Notes: generated by a model not told the origin, from the sequence alone. Numbered from the stretch's first letter, positions 10,921 to 20,678 are shown. The stretch: DNA of 56,015 bases from Gemmatimonadales bacterium (GCA_041577295.1 JBFGJG010000030.1:1-56015), one strand, 5' to 3'. Numbers and translations are program-made.

Positions 10921-11484
10921 ATGTACATCATACTCCTGGGGCCACCTGGTTCGGGCAAAGGAACACAGGGGGCCATCGTCGCCGCGCGAACGGGTCTCCC
11001 CAGGATCTCCACGGGAGATCTGTTGCGCGCGGCTGTCCGGGACGAGACCCCTCTTGGGCGGCAGGCCAAGCACTTCATGGAGCAGGGACTGCTCGTCCCA
11101 GACGAGATCATCATCGGCTTGATCCAGGAAGTGCTTAACACGCCCGACGCTGCCAACGGTGTCATCATGGACGGCTTTCCGCGAACGGTAGCACAGGCCG
11201 AGGCCGTGGATCGCCTCCTTGCGGAACGCAACGCCGCCATCGATCATGTGCTGACGTTCGAGGTGCCAAAAGAGGAGCTGGTACGCCGTCTGCTGGGGAG
11301 GGCGAGTGACGAGCGCCGTTCTGATGATGCCCCGGAGGCGATCGAACGGCGACTCGAGGTGTATCGAAATGAAACCGAGCCACTGATCGCGTTCTATCGG
11401 GACCGGGGCGTGCTCACTGCGATCCAGGGGACCGGTTCGATCGACACCATCGCCATGCGAGTAGAGGAAGCCGTAGGCATATGA
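10921..11484 (+). CDS. adk: Adenylate kinase (short-LID type)
   Basis: GPPGSGKGTQ, ISTGDLLR and DGFPRT motifs; short R..RSDD lid. Confidence 0.98.
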   Translation: MYIILLGPPGSGKGTQGAIVAARTGLPRISTGDLLRAAVRDETPLGRQAKHFMEQGLLVPDEIIIGLIQEVLNTPDAANGVIMDGFPRTVAQAEAVDRLLAERNAAIDHVLTFEVPKEELVRRLLGRASDERRSDDAPEAIERRLEVYRNETEPLIAFYRDRGVLTAIQGTGSIDTIAMRVEEAVGI

Positions 11485-12251
11485 TCACGATCAAGTCGGC
11501 CCGGGAAGTCGAGACCATGTCCGCCGCGGGGCGCATTCTCGCGGAGACGTTGCAACTGGTGGCGAGCCGTGTGACACCAGGGACCAGCACCGCGGATCTC
11601 GATCAAGTTGCCGAGGACTTCATTCGCAGCCACCCGGGGGCCCGCCCTTCTTTCAAAGGACTGTACGACTTCCCCGCGTCCCTGTGCACGTCCATCAATC
11701 ACGAGATCGTTCACGGCATCCCCTCCCCCCACCGAGTGCTGCGCGAGGGTGACATCATCAGCGTTGACTGTGGGGTGTGCCTCGAGGGCTTACACGCGGA
11801 CTCGGCGGTGACGCTGGCCGTCGGGGAGGCCGAGCCCCGCACGATCGAGCTGCTCGCGGTTACGCGGAAGGCGCTGGATGCCGGTATCGAAGCCGCGGTC
11901 CTGGGCAATCACGTGGGGGACATCGGACACGCGGTGCAACACGTGGCAGAGGCGGCGGGCTTCAGCGTAGTACGCGAGCTCGTGGGACACGGCATTGGCG
12001 CGAGCTTCCACGAGGAGCCGCAAATCCCCAACTTTGGCAAACCAAAACGCGGTCCCCGGTTGGTGGCTGGCATGACCCTGGCCATCGAGCCCATGATCAA
12101 TATCGGGCGTCCCGAGATCCGCACGTTGGAAGACAAGTGGACCGTGGTCACCGCTGACGGTTCGCTTTCGGCGCACTTCGAACACACCGTCCTCATTGAC
12201 CCCGAAGGCCCCCGACTCCTCACGGAAGTACCGGTCTCGACCTCCGCCTAA
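11481..12251 (+). CDS. map: Type I methionine aminopeptidase
   Basis: VHGIP, GHGIG..FHEEP, AIEPM and SAHFEHT motifs. Confidence 0.98.
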   Translation: MITIKSAREVETMSAAGRILAETLQLVASRVTPGTSTADLDQVAEDFIRSHPGARPSFKGLYDFPASLCTSINHEIVHGIPSPHRVLREGDIISVDCGVCLEGLHADSAVTLAVGEAEPRTIELLAVTRKALDAGIEAAVLGNHVGDIGHAVQHVAEAAGFSVVRELVGHGIGASFHEEPQIPNFGKPKRGPRLVAGMTLAIEPMINIGRPEIRTLEDKWTVVTADGSLSAHFEHTVLIDPEGPRLLTEVPVSTSA

Positions 12252-12258
12252 TTCCCTG

Positions 12259-13170
12259 CTACACGCCCACCTCCCCGTAGACCTCCTCGAGGCGTCGCTC
12301 TAATACGTGACGCTCGATCGGTTCCGTGAGCAGGAGGGTCTGCTCCGGTTCTGGCGGAACCGCTCGCTCAGGCAGGAGACCGACCACCTCACTCTTCGCC
12401 ACGGTTACACGACGGGCGCGAGCTTCCCTGCGCACAGCCTCGAACGCCAAGACCGGCGGTGTGACGTCGACGTCCAACAGGTTCATGGAGACCTGGGCAC
12501 GACCCGCGACCGAGAACCCGCGAGCTTGCAGGGCCGGCAGACCACCGGATGAGGTTCGGATCGCCCGGGCGATGGCCTTGGCGATCGACACATCACTGGT
12601 GTCGAGAAACACGTTATACGCCACGAGCAGCGGCCTGACCCCTACCGCCGTCGCGCCAGCAGTGGGATGTAGCCGCTTTGGTCCGGCGTCCGGCGCCCAC
12701 TGCGCGTCGTTTGCGATGCGCTGTGCCAAACCTTCGAACTGCGGCCGCCGAATGGCTGGGAGATGCATCCGGCCGGTTTTGCGCGCCGCAAAACCGTAGA
12801 GGAAAACCGGTACTCCCAAGGCCCCGATCCCGTCGGCGAGACGATTGGCCACTTCGATACAGATCTCGACCGTCGCGCCGCGCAGCGGGACCAAGGGGAT
12901 CACGTCGGCCGCCCCCATCCGAGGATGCTCACCCTGATGGCTGCGCAAGTCGATTCGATCGACGGCGACTTGCGTGGCACGAAACACTGCCTCCAACACC
13001 GCGTCGGGTGGTCCCACCACGGTAAAAACGGAGCGATGATGGAAGGGGTCAGCGTGACGGTCGAGGAGGTGGGCCGGAGCGATCGACCGGATGGCCCTGG
13101 TCAGCGAGTCGAGGATGGCCGAATCGCGACCTTCGCTGAAGTTCGGAACGGATTCGATGAGCGAGGGCAT
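12259..13170 (-). CDS. ftcD: Glutamate formiminotransferase (no cyclodeaminase domain)
   Basis: IESVPNFSEGR, HHRSVFT, GEHPRMGAADVIP and HPTAGA motifs. Confidence 0.92.
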   Translation of the reverse strand: MPSLIESVPNFSEGRDSAILDSLTRAIRSIAPAHLLDRHADPFHHRSVFTVVGPPDAVLEAVFRATQVAVDRIDLRSHQGEHPRMGAADVIPLVPLRGATVEICIEVANRLADGIGALGVPVFLYGFAARKTGRMHLPAIRRPQFEGLAQRIANDAQWAPDAGPKRLHPTAGATAVGVRPLLVAYNVFLDTSDVSIAKAIARAIRTSSGGLPALQARGFSVAGRAQVSMNLLDVDVTPPVLAFEAVRREARARRVTVAKSEVVGLLPERAVPPEPEQTLLLTEPIERHVLERRLEEVYGEVGV

Positions 13171-13187
13171 CTAGGCGAAACGTACGT

Positions 13188-13973
13188 TCATTCGGCCAGC
13201 ACGCCTAACAACCACTCGTGTATCACCGGATTGCCGGCGACGATCGCCCCGTGCCGGAGGACGTCGGCGCTCGCCTTCTCGTCGGTGACGAGTCCCCCGG
13301 CCTCTCGTACGATGAGCGTTCCAGCGGCAACATCCCAGGGCGCCAGTTGCAGCTCCCAAAACCCGTCAAATCGGCCGAGCGCTACGTCAACCAGATCGAG
13401 CGCTGCGGACCCCGCCCGCCGGACGCCGCTTGTCGCTCCGAGAACTCGTGTGAATTGGCGCAGGTAACGCGGTAACAAGCCTTGGGACTTGAAGGGAAAT
13501 CCCGTGCCGATCAGGGCGTTGGCTGGATCGGTGACCCCGGAAACCTCGATGCGACGATCACCGCACCACGCCCCGCCGCCGGCCGTCGCGTGGTAAAGGA
13601 CGTCACGCGTCACGTCGAGCACCGCTCCCGCCGCGGGCATTCCGTCGACCACCGCTGCTATGCTCACGGCACAGGCGGGATATCCGTGTAAGTAGTTTGT
13701 GGTTCCGTCGAGAGGATCCACCACCCACACGAGGGGCGCCCGGGCGACGTCCGGACTGAGCTCCTCACCCATGACAGCGGCGTCAGGGGTGGCGCTTCGC
13801 AACGCGTCGACAATGGTCCGCTCGGTGTTCCGATCGACCTCTGTGACGAAATCGGCCACCCCTTTTCGACCCCAGTGGGCCGGATCATCAGGCCGCTCGT
13901 GAGATCGAATCGCCCGGGCACCGCGTCGTGCCGCCTCCATCGCGACACGCAGTAAGTCCTGATGTTTCCGCAC
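13188..13973 (-). CDS. Inositol monophosphatase family protein (SuhB-like)
   Basis: DFVTEVD, GEE, WVVDPLDGTTNY, GSAALDL and PWDVAAG motifs; start GTG 13973 inferred. Confidence 0.93.
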   Translation of the reverse strand: MRKHQDLLRVAMEAARRGARAIRSHERPDDPAHWGRKGVADFVTEVDRNTERTIVDALRSATPDAAVMGEELSPDVARAPLVWVVDPLDGTTNYLHGYPACAVSIAAVVDGMPAAGAVLDVTRDVLYHATAGGGAWCGDRRIEVSGVTDPANALIGTGFPFKSQGLLPRYLRQFTRVLGATSGVRRAGSAALDLVDVALGRFDGFWELQLAPWDVAAGTLIVREAGGLVTDEKASADVLRHGAIVAGNPVIHEWLLGVLAE

Positions 13974-14010
13974 CTTGCGGCCTTTTCGGTGGTCGTCTAG
14001 GTTGAGGGCC

Positions 14011-15012
14011 ATGGGACGAGTCTTCTCGGGTATTCAACCGTCCGGCGAACTCCACATCGGCAATTATCTGGGTGCCGTGAGGCGTTGGGTCAAGCTCCAA
14101 CACGAGCACGAATGCTTCATTTGCATCGTCGACTACCACGCCATCACACAAGAGTACGCCACTGAAGAATTGGAGAGTCGCACGATAGACATGGCGATCG
14201 GGTTGCTCGCCAGCGGGATCGATCCGGACCACGCGGTGCTCTTTGTGCAGTCTCATGTTCAGGAGCACACCGAGCTTGCGTGGGTCTTCACCACCGTGAC
14301 CCCACTTGGCGAGCTCGAGCGGATGACTCAATTCAAGGACAAATCGCAGCGCCAAGAGAGCGTGCTAGCAGGGCTCCTGAATTACCCGGTGCTTCAGGCA
14401 GCTGATGTCTTGCTGTACAAGGCCGATTTGGTGCCAGTAGGAGAAGACCAGGAGCAACATGTGGAGCTCATGCGGGAGATCGCTCGAAAATGGAATGCAC
14501 GTTACGGCGAAGGGTTCTTTCCCGAGCCGCAGGCGTTGATCGGCCCCGCCCGGCGGATCATTGGGTTGGATGGTCAGGCCAAGATGTCCAAGAGTCTCGG
14601 CAACACGATTGGGATCATGGAGGACGCAGATGCGATTTGGGAGCGTTTGCGGCCTGCCATGACCGATCCAGCCCGGGTCACGCGCAAAGATCCTGGGACA
14701 CCGGAGATTTGCAATCTGTATACGCTGCACCAACACTTTTCGTCGCCAGACACGGTAAAGGAGGTTGCCCACAAATGCCGCACGGCCGGGTGGGGATGCC
14801 TCGATTGCAAGCGGGTGCTCGGAAAGAACATCGCGACTGAGTTTGGTCCCATCAGGGAGCGAGCCATGGAGCTCAAGGCGGCACCACACCGGGTGCGGGA
14901 CGTGTTGGAGAACGGGGCGGATAGAGCCCGGACGGTGGCCCGTGAGACTATGCGCGAGCTGCGCGAACGAATGGGGTTTCTCGCTCCCGCCGGCACGCCG
15001 TCGACGCCGTGA
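14011..15012 (+). CDS. trpS: Tryptophan--tRNA ligase
   Basis: FSGIQPSG, HIGNY, VPVGEDQ and KMSKS motifs. Confidence 0.98.
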   Translation: MGRVFSGIQPSGELHIGNYLGAVRRWVKLQHEHECFICIVDYHAITQEYATEELESRTIDMAIGLLASGIDPDHAVLFVQSHVQEHTELAWVFTTVTPLGELERMTQFKDKSQRQESVLAGLLNYPVLQAADVLLYKADLVPVGEDQEQHVELMREIARKWNARYGEGFFPEPQALIGPARRIIGLDGQAKMSKSLGNTIGIMEDADAIWERLRPAMTDPARVTRKDPGTPEICNLYTLHQHFSSPDTVKEVAHKCRTAGWGCLDCKRVLGKNIATEFGPIRERAMELKAAPHRVRDVLENGADRARTVARETMRELRERMGFLAPAGTPSTP

Positions 15013-15051
15013 CCGTTTGCCCGCCCACGCTGATGGTTTGCTCGGAGTGAG

Positions 15052-16080
15052 GTGAGACGCGTAGTTATTGACCTCGGCTCGTCCCGTCCAGTGTGGCGGG
15101 CTCCACCCGGATCGCTCGAGGCGATTCGCCGAGCGCTCGGTGATGGGTGGGACGTCGTCGAGGTCCGGAGCCCGGCGAGCAGCGATGGCGATGGCGCGAG
15201 CGGATCGGCGGAGGCCGTCAAGGTCGCCCAGGGTGCCGAGGTCTACCTGGGCTGGGGGGTGCCGTCAGGGGTCGCCCGCGCCGCCCAGGGATCGCTCCGG
15301 TGGGCCCACAGTGCCTCCGCGGGGGTGTTGGCAAGTCTATCACCGGAGTTTCTGGCGACCGGGGCCGTACTCACCAACTCCCGGGGAGTCCAGGCTGAGC
15401 CGATGGCAGACTGGGTCGTGGCGGCCATCGGTTTCTGCCTGCGAGGGTTTCATGCGGCCGTTCGGGCCCAGCGCGATCACGTGTGGGCAAAGGATGCCTT
15501 CACGGATGGCCGGGTGGTCGTGAAAGAGTACAACGGCGCTCGCGTGGGTCTTGTGGGCCTGGGGGGGATCGGGCGGGCGGTTGCCCGGCGCTGCCATGCC
15601 CTCGGCATGGCGGTTCGGGCCGTTCGCCGGCGGCGTGGGGGGCGGCGGCCTGCGGGGGTCCTGTGGGTCGGTGGGCCCGACGCCATCGAGGAGCTGGCGG
15701 CGGAGAGCGATGTGCTCATTGTCACAGCACCACACACCCCCGAGACTGAAGGATTGGTCGGAGCGTCGGTGCTGGAGTCCCTTCCCGAGGGTGCGTTTCT
15801 CATCAACGTGTCCCGCGGAGTGCTGGTGGACGAAGAGGCTCTCCTCCGACAGATCACCGACGGTCGGCTCGCCGGCTGTGTCCTGGATGTCTTCGCGCAG
15901 GAACCGCTCCCCGTTGGGCACCCGTTTTGGGATCATCCGGCAGTGATGATCACGCCCCACGTCAGCGCCGTCTCCACCAGATTCTGGGATCGCGAAACGA
16001 CGCTGATCATCGAGAACATCGCACGATATCGGGTGGGGCAGCGGTTGAAGAATGTGGTCGAACCAGAGATAGGATACTGA
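15052..16080 (+). CDS. D-2-hydroxyacid dehydrogenase family protein
   Basis: GLGGIG, INVSRG, LDVF..EPL and ITPHVS motifs. Confidence 0.93.
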   Translation: MRRVVIDLGSSRPVWRAPPGSLEAIRRALGDGWDVVEVRSPASSDGDGASGSAEAVKVAQGAEVYLGWGVPSGVARAAQGSLRWAHSASAGVLASLSPEFLATGAVLTNSRGVQAEPMADWVVAAIGFCLRGFHAAVRAQRDHVWAKDAFTDGRVVVKEYNGARVGLVGLGGIGRAVARRCHALGMAVRAVRRRRGGRRPAGVLWVGGPDAIEELAAESDVLIVTAPHTPETEGLVGASVLESLPEGAFLINVSRGVLVDEEALLRQITDGRLAGCVLDVFAQEPLPVGHPFWDHPAVMITPHVSAVSTRFWDRETTLIIENIARYRVGQRLKNVVEPEIGY

Positions 16081-16095
16081 AGAGGATGTGAGCCC

Positions 16096-16125
16096 CACTG
16101 CTCACTGCTCACTGCTCACTGCTCA
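16096..16125. repeat. Intergenic heptamer tandem repeat (CACTGCT)x4 plus CA
   Basis: Units at 16096, 16103, 16110 and 16117. Confidence 0.95.
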
Positions 16126-16148
16126 TTCTGCAGTTCAGGGGTTAGCGC

Positions 16149-17231
16149 ATGGAGAACATCATCAAGGCCGCGGTCGATCGAGGGGCATCGGACATCCACA
16201 TCAAAGCGGGAGATGTGTTCCGCGCTCGAATCGACGGTAAGCTCCAACCGCTCACCAAACGTCGGCTGACACCAGATCAGACGAGAGCCATCGCGCTCCG
16301 CCTCATCTCCGTGGAGGAAGACCGCAAGCGGATCGAGAATATCCGTGATTACGACTGTTCGTGGGGGGCCCCGGGGATTGGCCGGTTCCGTGTGAACATC
16401 TTGCGCCAACGGTCGTCGTTCATGGTGGTCATGCGGGTAATCCCCTTCGAGGTGCCGACCCTCGACAAGCTCCACTTGCCCAAGGTGCTGGAGCGGGTGG
16501 CGATGTCGCCGAACGGGCTCGTGTTGTTGTCGGGCGCGCGAGGGAGCGGAAAGAGCTCGACCACCGCCGCCATGGTGAATCACATCAATCAGCACGCCAA
16601 TAAGCACATCGTGACGCTGGAGAGCCCAATCGAGTTCCTGTATCGGGACCTCAATAGCTCGATCACCCAGCGGGAGGTCGGGCCCGATGTCGAGAGCTTC
16701 GCGACGGGTATGCGGTCGGCCCTCCGTCAGGATCCAGACGTCATCATGATTGGGGAGTTGCGTGATCCAACCACTGTCGATTCCGCAATCGTCGCGTCTG
16801 AGGTCGGCCACGTGGTGATCACGACGCTGAACGCCCATGATACCGCTGGAGCGCTCATTCGATTGCTCGGCAGGTATCCGCCGGAGGAGCACAACGTCGT
16901 GCGGGTGCGACTGGCCGATGCTCTACAGGCCGTCGTTGCGCAACGCCTGGTTCTCCGCTCCGACGGCAACGGGCGGGTGGCGGTCGTGGAGGTCCTGGTG
17001 GCGACCCCCGAGGTGCGATCGCTCATTCGCGATAATCAGATTGGACAGCTTGCGAGCCTCATCGAGGACGGCCGAGTTGAGCACGGAATGCAGACCTTCG
17101 ATCAGCATCTCGAGGACCTCGTCGAGAGTGGGATTGTTTCGTCGGAGACTGCCCGAGCCAACGCCGCCGATCCCGAGCGCTTCGGGGGGCGGTCCGCGCC
17201 TGTTGAGGCCGCCACCGCGGGACGCGCCTGA
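16149..17231 (+). CDS. PilT/PilU-family type IV pilus ATPase (divergent motifs)
   Basis: ASDIHIKAG, RFRVN, GARGSGKS, QREVG, ALRQDPDVIMIGELRD and GMQTFDQ motifs. Confidence 0.92.
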   Translation: MENIIKAAVDRGASDIHIKAGDVFRARIDGKLQPLTKRRLTPDQTRAIALRLISVEEDRKRIENIRDYDCSWGAPGIGRFRVNILRQRSSFMVVMRVIPFEVPTLDKLHLPKVLERVAMSPNGLVLLSGARGSGKSSTTAAMVNHINQHANKHIVTLESPIEFLYRDLNSSITQREVGPDVESFATGMRSALRQDPDVIMIGELRDPTTVDSAIVASEVGHVVITTLNAHDTAGALIRLLGRYPPEEHNVVRVRLADALQAVVAQRLVLRSDGNGRVAVVEVLVATPEVRSLIRDNQIGQLASLIEDGRVEHGMQTFDQHLEDLVESGIVSSETARANAADPERFGGRSAPVEAATAGRA

Positions 17232-18130
17232 TGGTTGCCGAGCGCCCGCGCGGGTTGCTGGTACCGCTTACCACACCATTCGATCCCGCCACCGGGGAGG
17301 TGGCGCCCGTCCACCTCCGTGAGAACGCACGTGCCCTGCTGCGCGAGGGGGTGGCCGGGCTCGTCGCCGCTGGCTCGACCGGTGAAGGTCCGCTCCTCTC
17401 GGACGAAGAATTCCGCCGCGTCGTCGGTTGGTTGCGGGACGTGGTACCGGACGACCGTTGGCTGGTTGCGGGCACCGGGCGAGAGTCGACACGAGCCACG
17501 GTCATGGCGTGCCGCATGGCGGCGGAAGAGGGAGCAGATGCCGTGCTCGTGCGGCCTCCTGCGTACTACAGCCCATCGATCACCCCCGTGGGACTTGTCG
17601 ATCACTTTCGCAGTGTCGCTGAGGGGTCGCCGATTCCGGTGTTGCTCTACAACATCCCGAAGTACACCAAGCTGCCGATTGGCGACGCACTGCTGGCGCA
17701 GCTCACGGATCATCCGAACATCTGGGGTGCCAAGGATTCCTCTGGTGATCTCAAGAATTTTGCGGGCTACCGCGCGGCCGCGCCCGAGTGGTCGTTGCTG
17801 ATCGGCTCGGGGGCGTTGTACTACGCCGCCCTCGAGCTCGGGGGTGCCGGAGCGATTGCCGGAGTCGGATGCTTCGCGGCCGCGGCGACCGTCGAGATTG
17901 GATTGCTCTTCGCCGCTGGCGATCGGTCGCGCGCAGGTGCCGCCCAGGAACGCGTCGCACCGTTGCACCGCCGGATCGTCAGCGATCTGGGCGTTTCGGG
18001 GGTCAAGGCCGCCATGGACTTCGTTGGGCTCGCCGGCGGACCCGTGCGAGCTCCGCTTACGGAGCTCTCACCACGGGAAAGGGAACAGGTTGAAGAGCTC
18101 CTTCGCCAAGCCGAGTTGGTGACCGCCTAG
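17231..18130 (+). CDS. Dihydrodipicolinate synthase (DapA) family lyase
   Basis: TPF, GSTGE, LYNIP and KDSSGD motifs; start overlaps the upstream stop. Confidence 0.93.
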   Translation: MVAERPRGLLVPLTTPFDPATGEVAPVHLRENARALLREGVAGLVAAGSTGEGPLLSDEEFRRVVGWLRDVVPDDRWLVAGTGRESTRATVMACRMAAEEGADAVLVRPPAYYSPSITPVGLVDHFRSVAEGSPIPVLLYNIPKYTKLPIGDALLAQLTDHPNIWGAKDSSGDLKNFAGYRAAAPEWSLLIGSGALYYAALELGGAGAIAGVGCFAAAATVEIGLLFAAGDRSRAGAAQERVAPLHRRIVSDLGVSGVKAAMDFVGLAGGPVRAPLTELSPREREQVEELLRQAELVTA

Positions 18131-18131
18131 G

Positions 18132-19265
18132 GTGCCTCCCGCAGCCTGGGTCGGTGAATTCTTTCAAACCATCGCACGAGCCCGACTCACCGGCTCAGAC
18201 ACCGTGGTCGACGTGCAGCGCACCATCGCGCAACGACTCGACGCGCTGGGTTACTCCGTAGAGCAGCACCCCTTCCGCACTAATCAACGACAGCTTGCCG
18301 CCGTGACCATCGGCGCTGCGGCGTTGGGCTGGATCGCGCTGCTGTCGGCCCCGCTCTTGGTGCTACCCGTCAAGGGATGGACCGTCACGGTGGCCGGAGT
18401 CGCCGCGCTGGCATTCGCAGGCCTGCTCGCTGTCGGAGTTGCCAATGGTCAGCTTCCGTTCGACAGCACGTCGGTGCCGGCTTCCAACGTTGTGGGCCGA
18501 CGTGGAACGGTGCGTCTGTGGCTGGTCGCGCATTCGGACTCCAAATCGCAAGCAGTGTCGCTGCGCGGCAGGGTCGTGGGGGCACTCTGTGCCACCGTCG
18601 GTACTGGCTTGCTCGTGATAGCGCTCGGGTTGCGACTGTTTGGCCCACTCCCTTTGTGGCTCGCCATCTCGGCGTGTGTCCCGGCGCTCGTGGGTGGTGC
18701 GGTCCTGTCGTTCAGCCGCGCCGCCGATCGCTCGCCTGGGGCGGTTGACAATGCGACCGGTGTGGTCGCGGCCCTTGTAGCGGCCGAGGGACTGCGCGAC
18801 CGCGAAGACGTCGGTGTCCTCATTACGGATGCTGAGGAGTTTGGACTCGAAGGAGCGCGCGCGTGGAGTCGGGTACGTCCGGAGGGTGAGTACTTCGTCA
18901 ACTTCGACGGTCTCGACGACCGCGGATCGTTTCGGGTCATGCGGCACACGGCCCGTTCGCAGGCAGGAACCCAGCGGACCAACCGCCTGGCGCAAGCGCT
19001 CGCATCGACACTGAGCGATGTCGGTCGGACGGTTGCCGGCCGTCTTCCCCCGGGCGTCTTGGTGGACGGGTTGGTGCTGGCCGCTGCCGGGCTGAGCGGG
19101 GTCACGGTGAGCCGGGGTGATTGGGGGACCCTGGGTGTAGTCCACACCCCGCACGATTCCCCCGAGCGGGTCACTGTCTCTTCGGCCGTGGCGGCCGGGG
19201 AGGCGGCAGCACGGGCTATCGCGATCCTGATGATGCCTTCGCACGATGAGTCCGGAATCGGTTGA
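18132..19265 (+). CDS. Membrane-associated M28 family peptidase
   Basis: AHSDS, PGAVDNATG, AEEFGLEGA and VHTPHD motifs; several hydrophobic segments. Confidence 0.85.
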   Translation: MPPAAWVGEFFQTIARARLTGSDTVVDVQRTIAQRLDALGYSVEQHPFRTNQRQLAAVTIGAAALGWIALLSAPLLVLPVKGWTVTVAGVAALAFAGLLAVGVANGQLPFDSTSVPASNVVGRRGTVRLWLVAHSDSKSQAVSLRGRVVGALCATVGTGLLVIALGLRLFGPLPLWLAISACVPALVGGAVLSFSRAADRSPGAVDNATGVVAALVAAEGLRDREDVGVLITDAEEFGLEGARAWSRVRPEGEYFVNFDGLDDRGSFRVMRHTARSQAGTQRTNRLAQALASTLSDVGRTVAGRLPPGVLVDGLVLAAAGLSGVTVSRGDWGTLGVVHTPHDSPERVTVSSAVAAGEAAARAIAILMMPSHDESGIG

Positions 19266-19290
19266 CGGCCGGACCGCCGGAGCCTAGCTT
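19262..19290 (+). promoter_or_regulatory. Putative sigma70 promoter upstream of purA
   Basis: TTGACG (19262-19267), 17 nt, TAGCTT (19285-19290). Confidence 0.55.
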
Positions 19291-19300
19291 GCTACACAGG

Positions 19301-19337
19301 ACGCCCCGGGGCGATACTCCGGGGCGTTTTTGCGTTT
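19301..19337 (+). terminator. Intrinsic terminator-like hairpin in the purA leader
   Basis: ACGCCCCGG pairs with CCGGGGCGT, followed by TTTTGCGTTT. Confidence 0.7.
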
Positions 19338-19356
19338 CCCACGAGCCGGAGTCGGA

Positions 19357-20637
19357 ATGTTTGCTTCCGATCATCGCTGCGTCGTTGTCGTAGGGGCCCA
19401 GTGGGGCGACGAGGGCAAAGGCAAGATCGTCGACGTCCTGTCCGAGCGTGCGGATCTCGTCATCCGGTATCAGGGTGGCGCGAATGCGGGTCACACGGTC
19501 GTCAAGGGTGATGATCGGTTTATTCTGCATCAGACTCCCTCCGGCATTCTGCATCCCAGCACGCGCTGTCTCATCGGAAACGGTGTGGTGGTCGATCCCG
19601 AGACGCTGCTCGAAGAGCTCGGCGAGTTGGCTGGTCGTGGCATCGCGATCGACGGAAGGCTGATGGTCTCCGATCGGGCGCATTTGGTCCTCCCCTATCA
19701 CAAGGCGATCGACCGGGCGGCCGAGCGACGACAGCGCATCGGCACGACCGGCCGCGGGATTGGCCCCGCGTACGAGGACAAGTTCGGCCGGCGGGGCATC
19801 CGAGTCGGTGAGCTCAGGGATGTCGAACGGGTGGTGGCTCGTGTGACGCGGGGAGTCGAGCGAGCCAACGATATTCTCCGCCTCCTCGGCGTCGACGATC
19901 GCGTTGACGTCAACGCGCACGTCGCACTGCTCGAACGACTCGCTCCTCAGATCGGTCCGTTGGTTGGCGATACGGGACGCGCGGCCTATGAGGCGTATCG
20001 CGCGGGAAAACGGCTGTTGCTCGAAGGAGCACAGGGCGCGCTCCTCGACGTCGATCACGGCACCTATCCGTACGTCACCTCGTCGAATACGACCGCGGGG
20101 GCAGCCGCCGTTGGCTCGGGGATTGGCCCCACCGTCATCGACGCTGTGTTGGGTGTCGTCAAGGCATATACCACGCGGGTTGGAAACGGCCCGCTCCCCA
20201 CGGAGGTCGAGGGCAGCCCCGGAGAACATCTGAGGACGGTCGGCGGAGAGTTTGGTGCCACCACGGGACGCCCCCGCCGGTGCGGATGGTTTGACGCCGT
20301 GGTCGCTCGTTACGCCGCGAGGGTGAACGGGCTGACCGATCTGGCGGTCACCAAGCTCGATGTCCTCGATGATGTTCCGTCGATTCCCGTGTGTGTGCGC
20401 TATGAACTGGACGGCGAGAGGATCGATGAGATCCCGGCCGACGCACAGTTGCTGGCACAGGTGCGACCCGTCTACGAGACACTTCAGGGCTGGTGCCAAC
20501 CCACGACCGCTGCGCGAACGATGGGAGCGCTCCCCCGGGAAGCGCAGGCATATCTGCGGCGGATCGAGGAGCTCATCGAGGCTCCAATTACATACGTCAG
20601 TGTCGGTTCCCGCCGGGACCAGATTATCGGGTTGTGA
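19357..20637 (+). CDS. purA: Adenylosuccinate synthase
   Basis: GAQWGDEGKGK, QGGANAGHT, EGAQG and GATTGRPRRCGW motifs. Confidence 0.99.
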   Translation: MFASDHRCVVVVGAQWGDEGKGKIVDVLSERADLVIRYQGGANAGHTVVKGDDRFILHQTPSGILHPSTRCLIGNGVVVDPETLLEELGELAGRGIAIDGRLMVSDRAHLVLPYHKAIDRAAERRQRIGTTGRGIGPAYEDKFGRRGIRVGELRDVERVVARVTRGVERANDILRLLGVDDRVDVNAHVALLERLAPQIGPLVGDTGRAAYEAYRAGKRLLLEGAQGALLDVDHGTYPYVTSSNTTAGAAAVGSGIGPTVIDAVLGVVKAYTTRVGNGPLPTEVEGSPGEHLRTVGGEFGATTGRPRRCGWFDAVVARYAARVNGLTDLAVTKLDVLDDVPSIPVCVRYELDGERIDEIPADAQLLAQVRPVYETLQGWCQPTTAARTMGALPREAQAYLRRIEELIEAPITYVSVGSRRDQIIGL

Positions 20638-20643
20638 CCGACG

Positions 20644-20678
20644 AAAAAAAACCCCCTAGGGCCGAAGCCCTAGGGGGG
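20644..20678 (-). terminator. Intrinsic terminator on the minus strand, convergent with purA
   Basis: Minus strand CCCCCTAGGGC-TTCG-GCCCTAGGGGG followed by T8. Confidence 0.9.
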
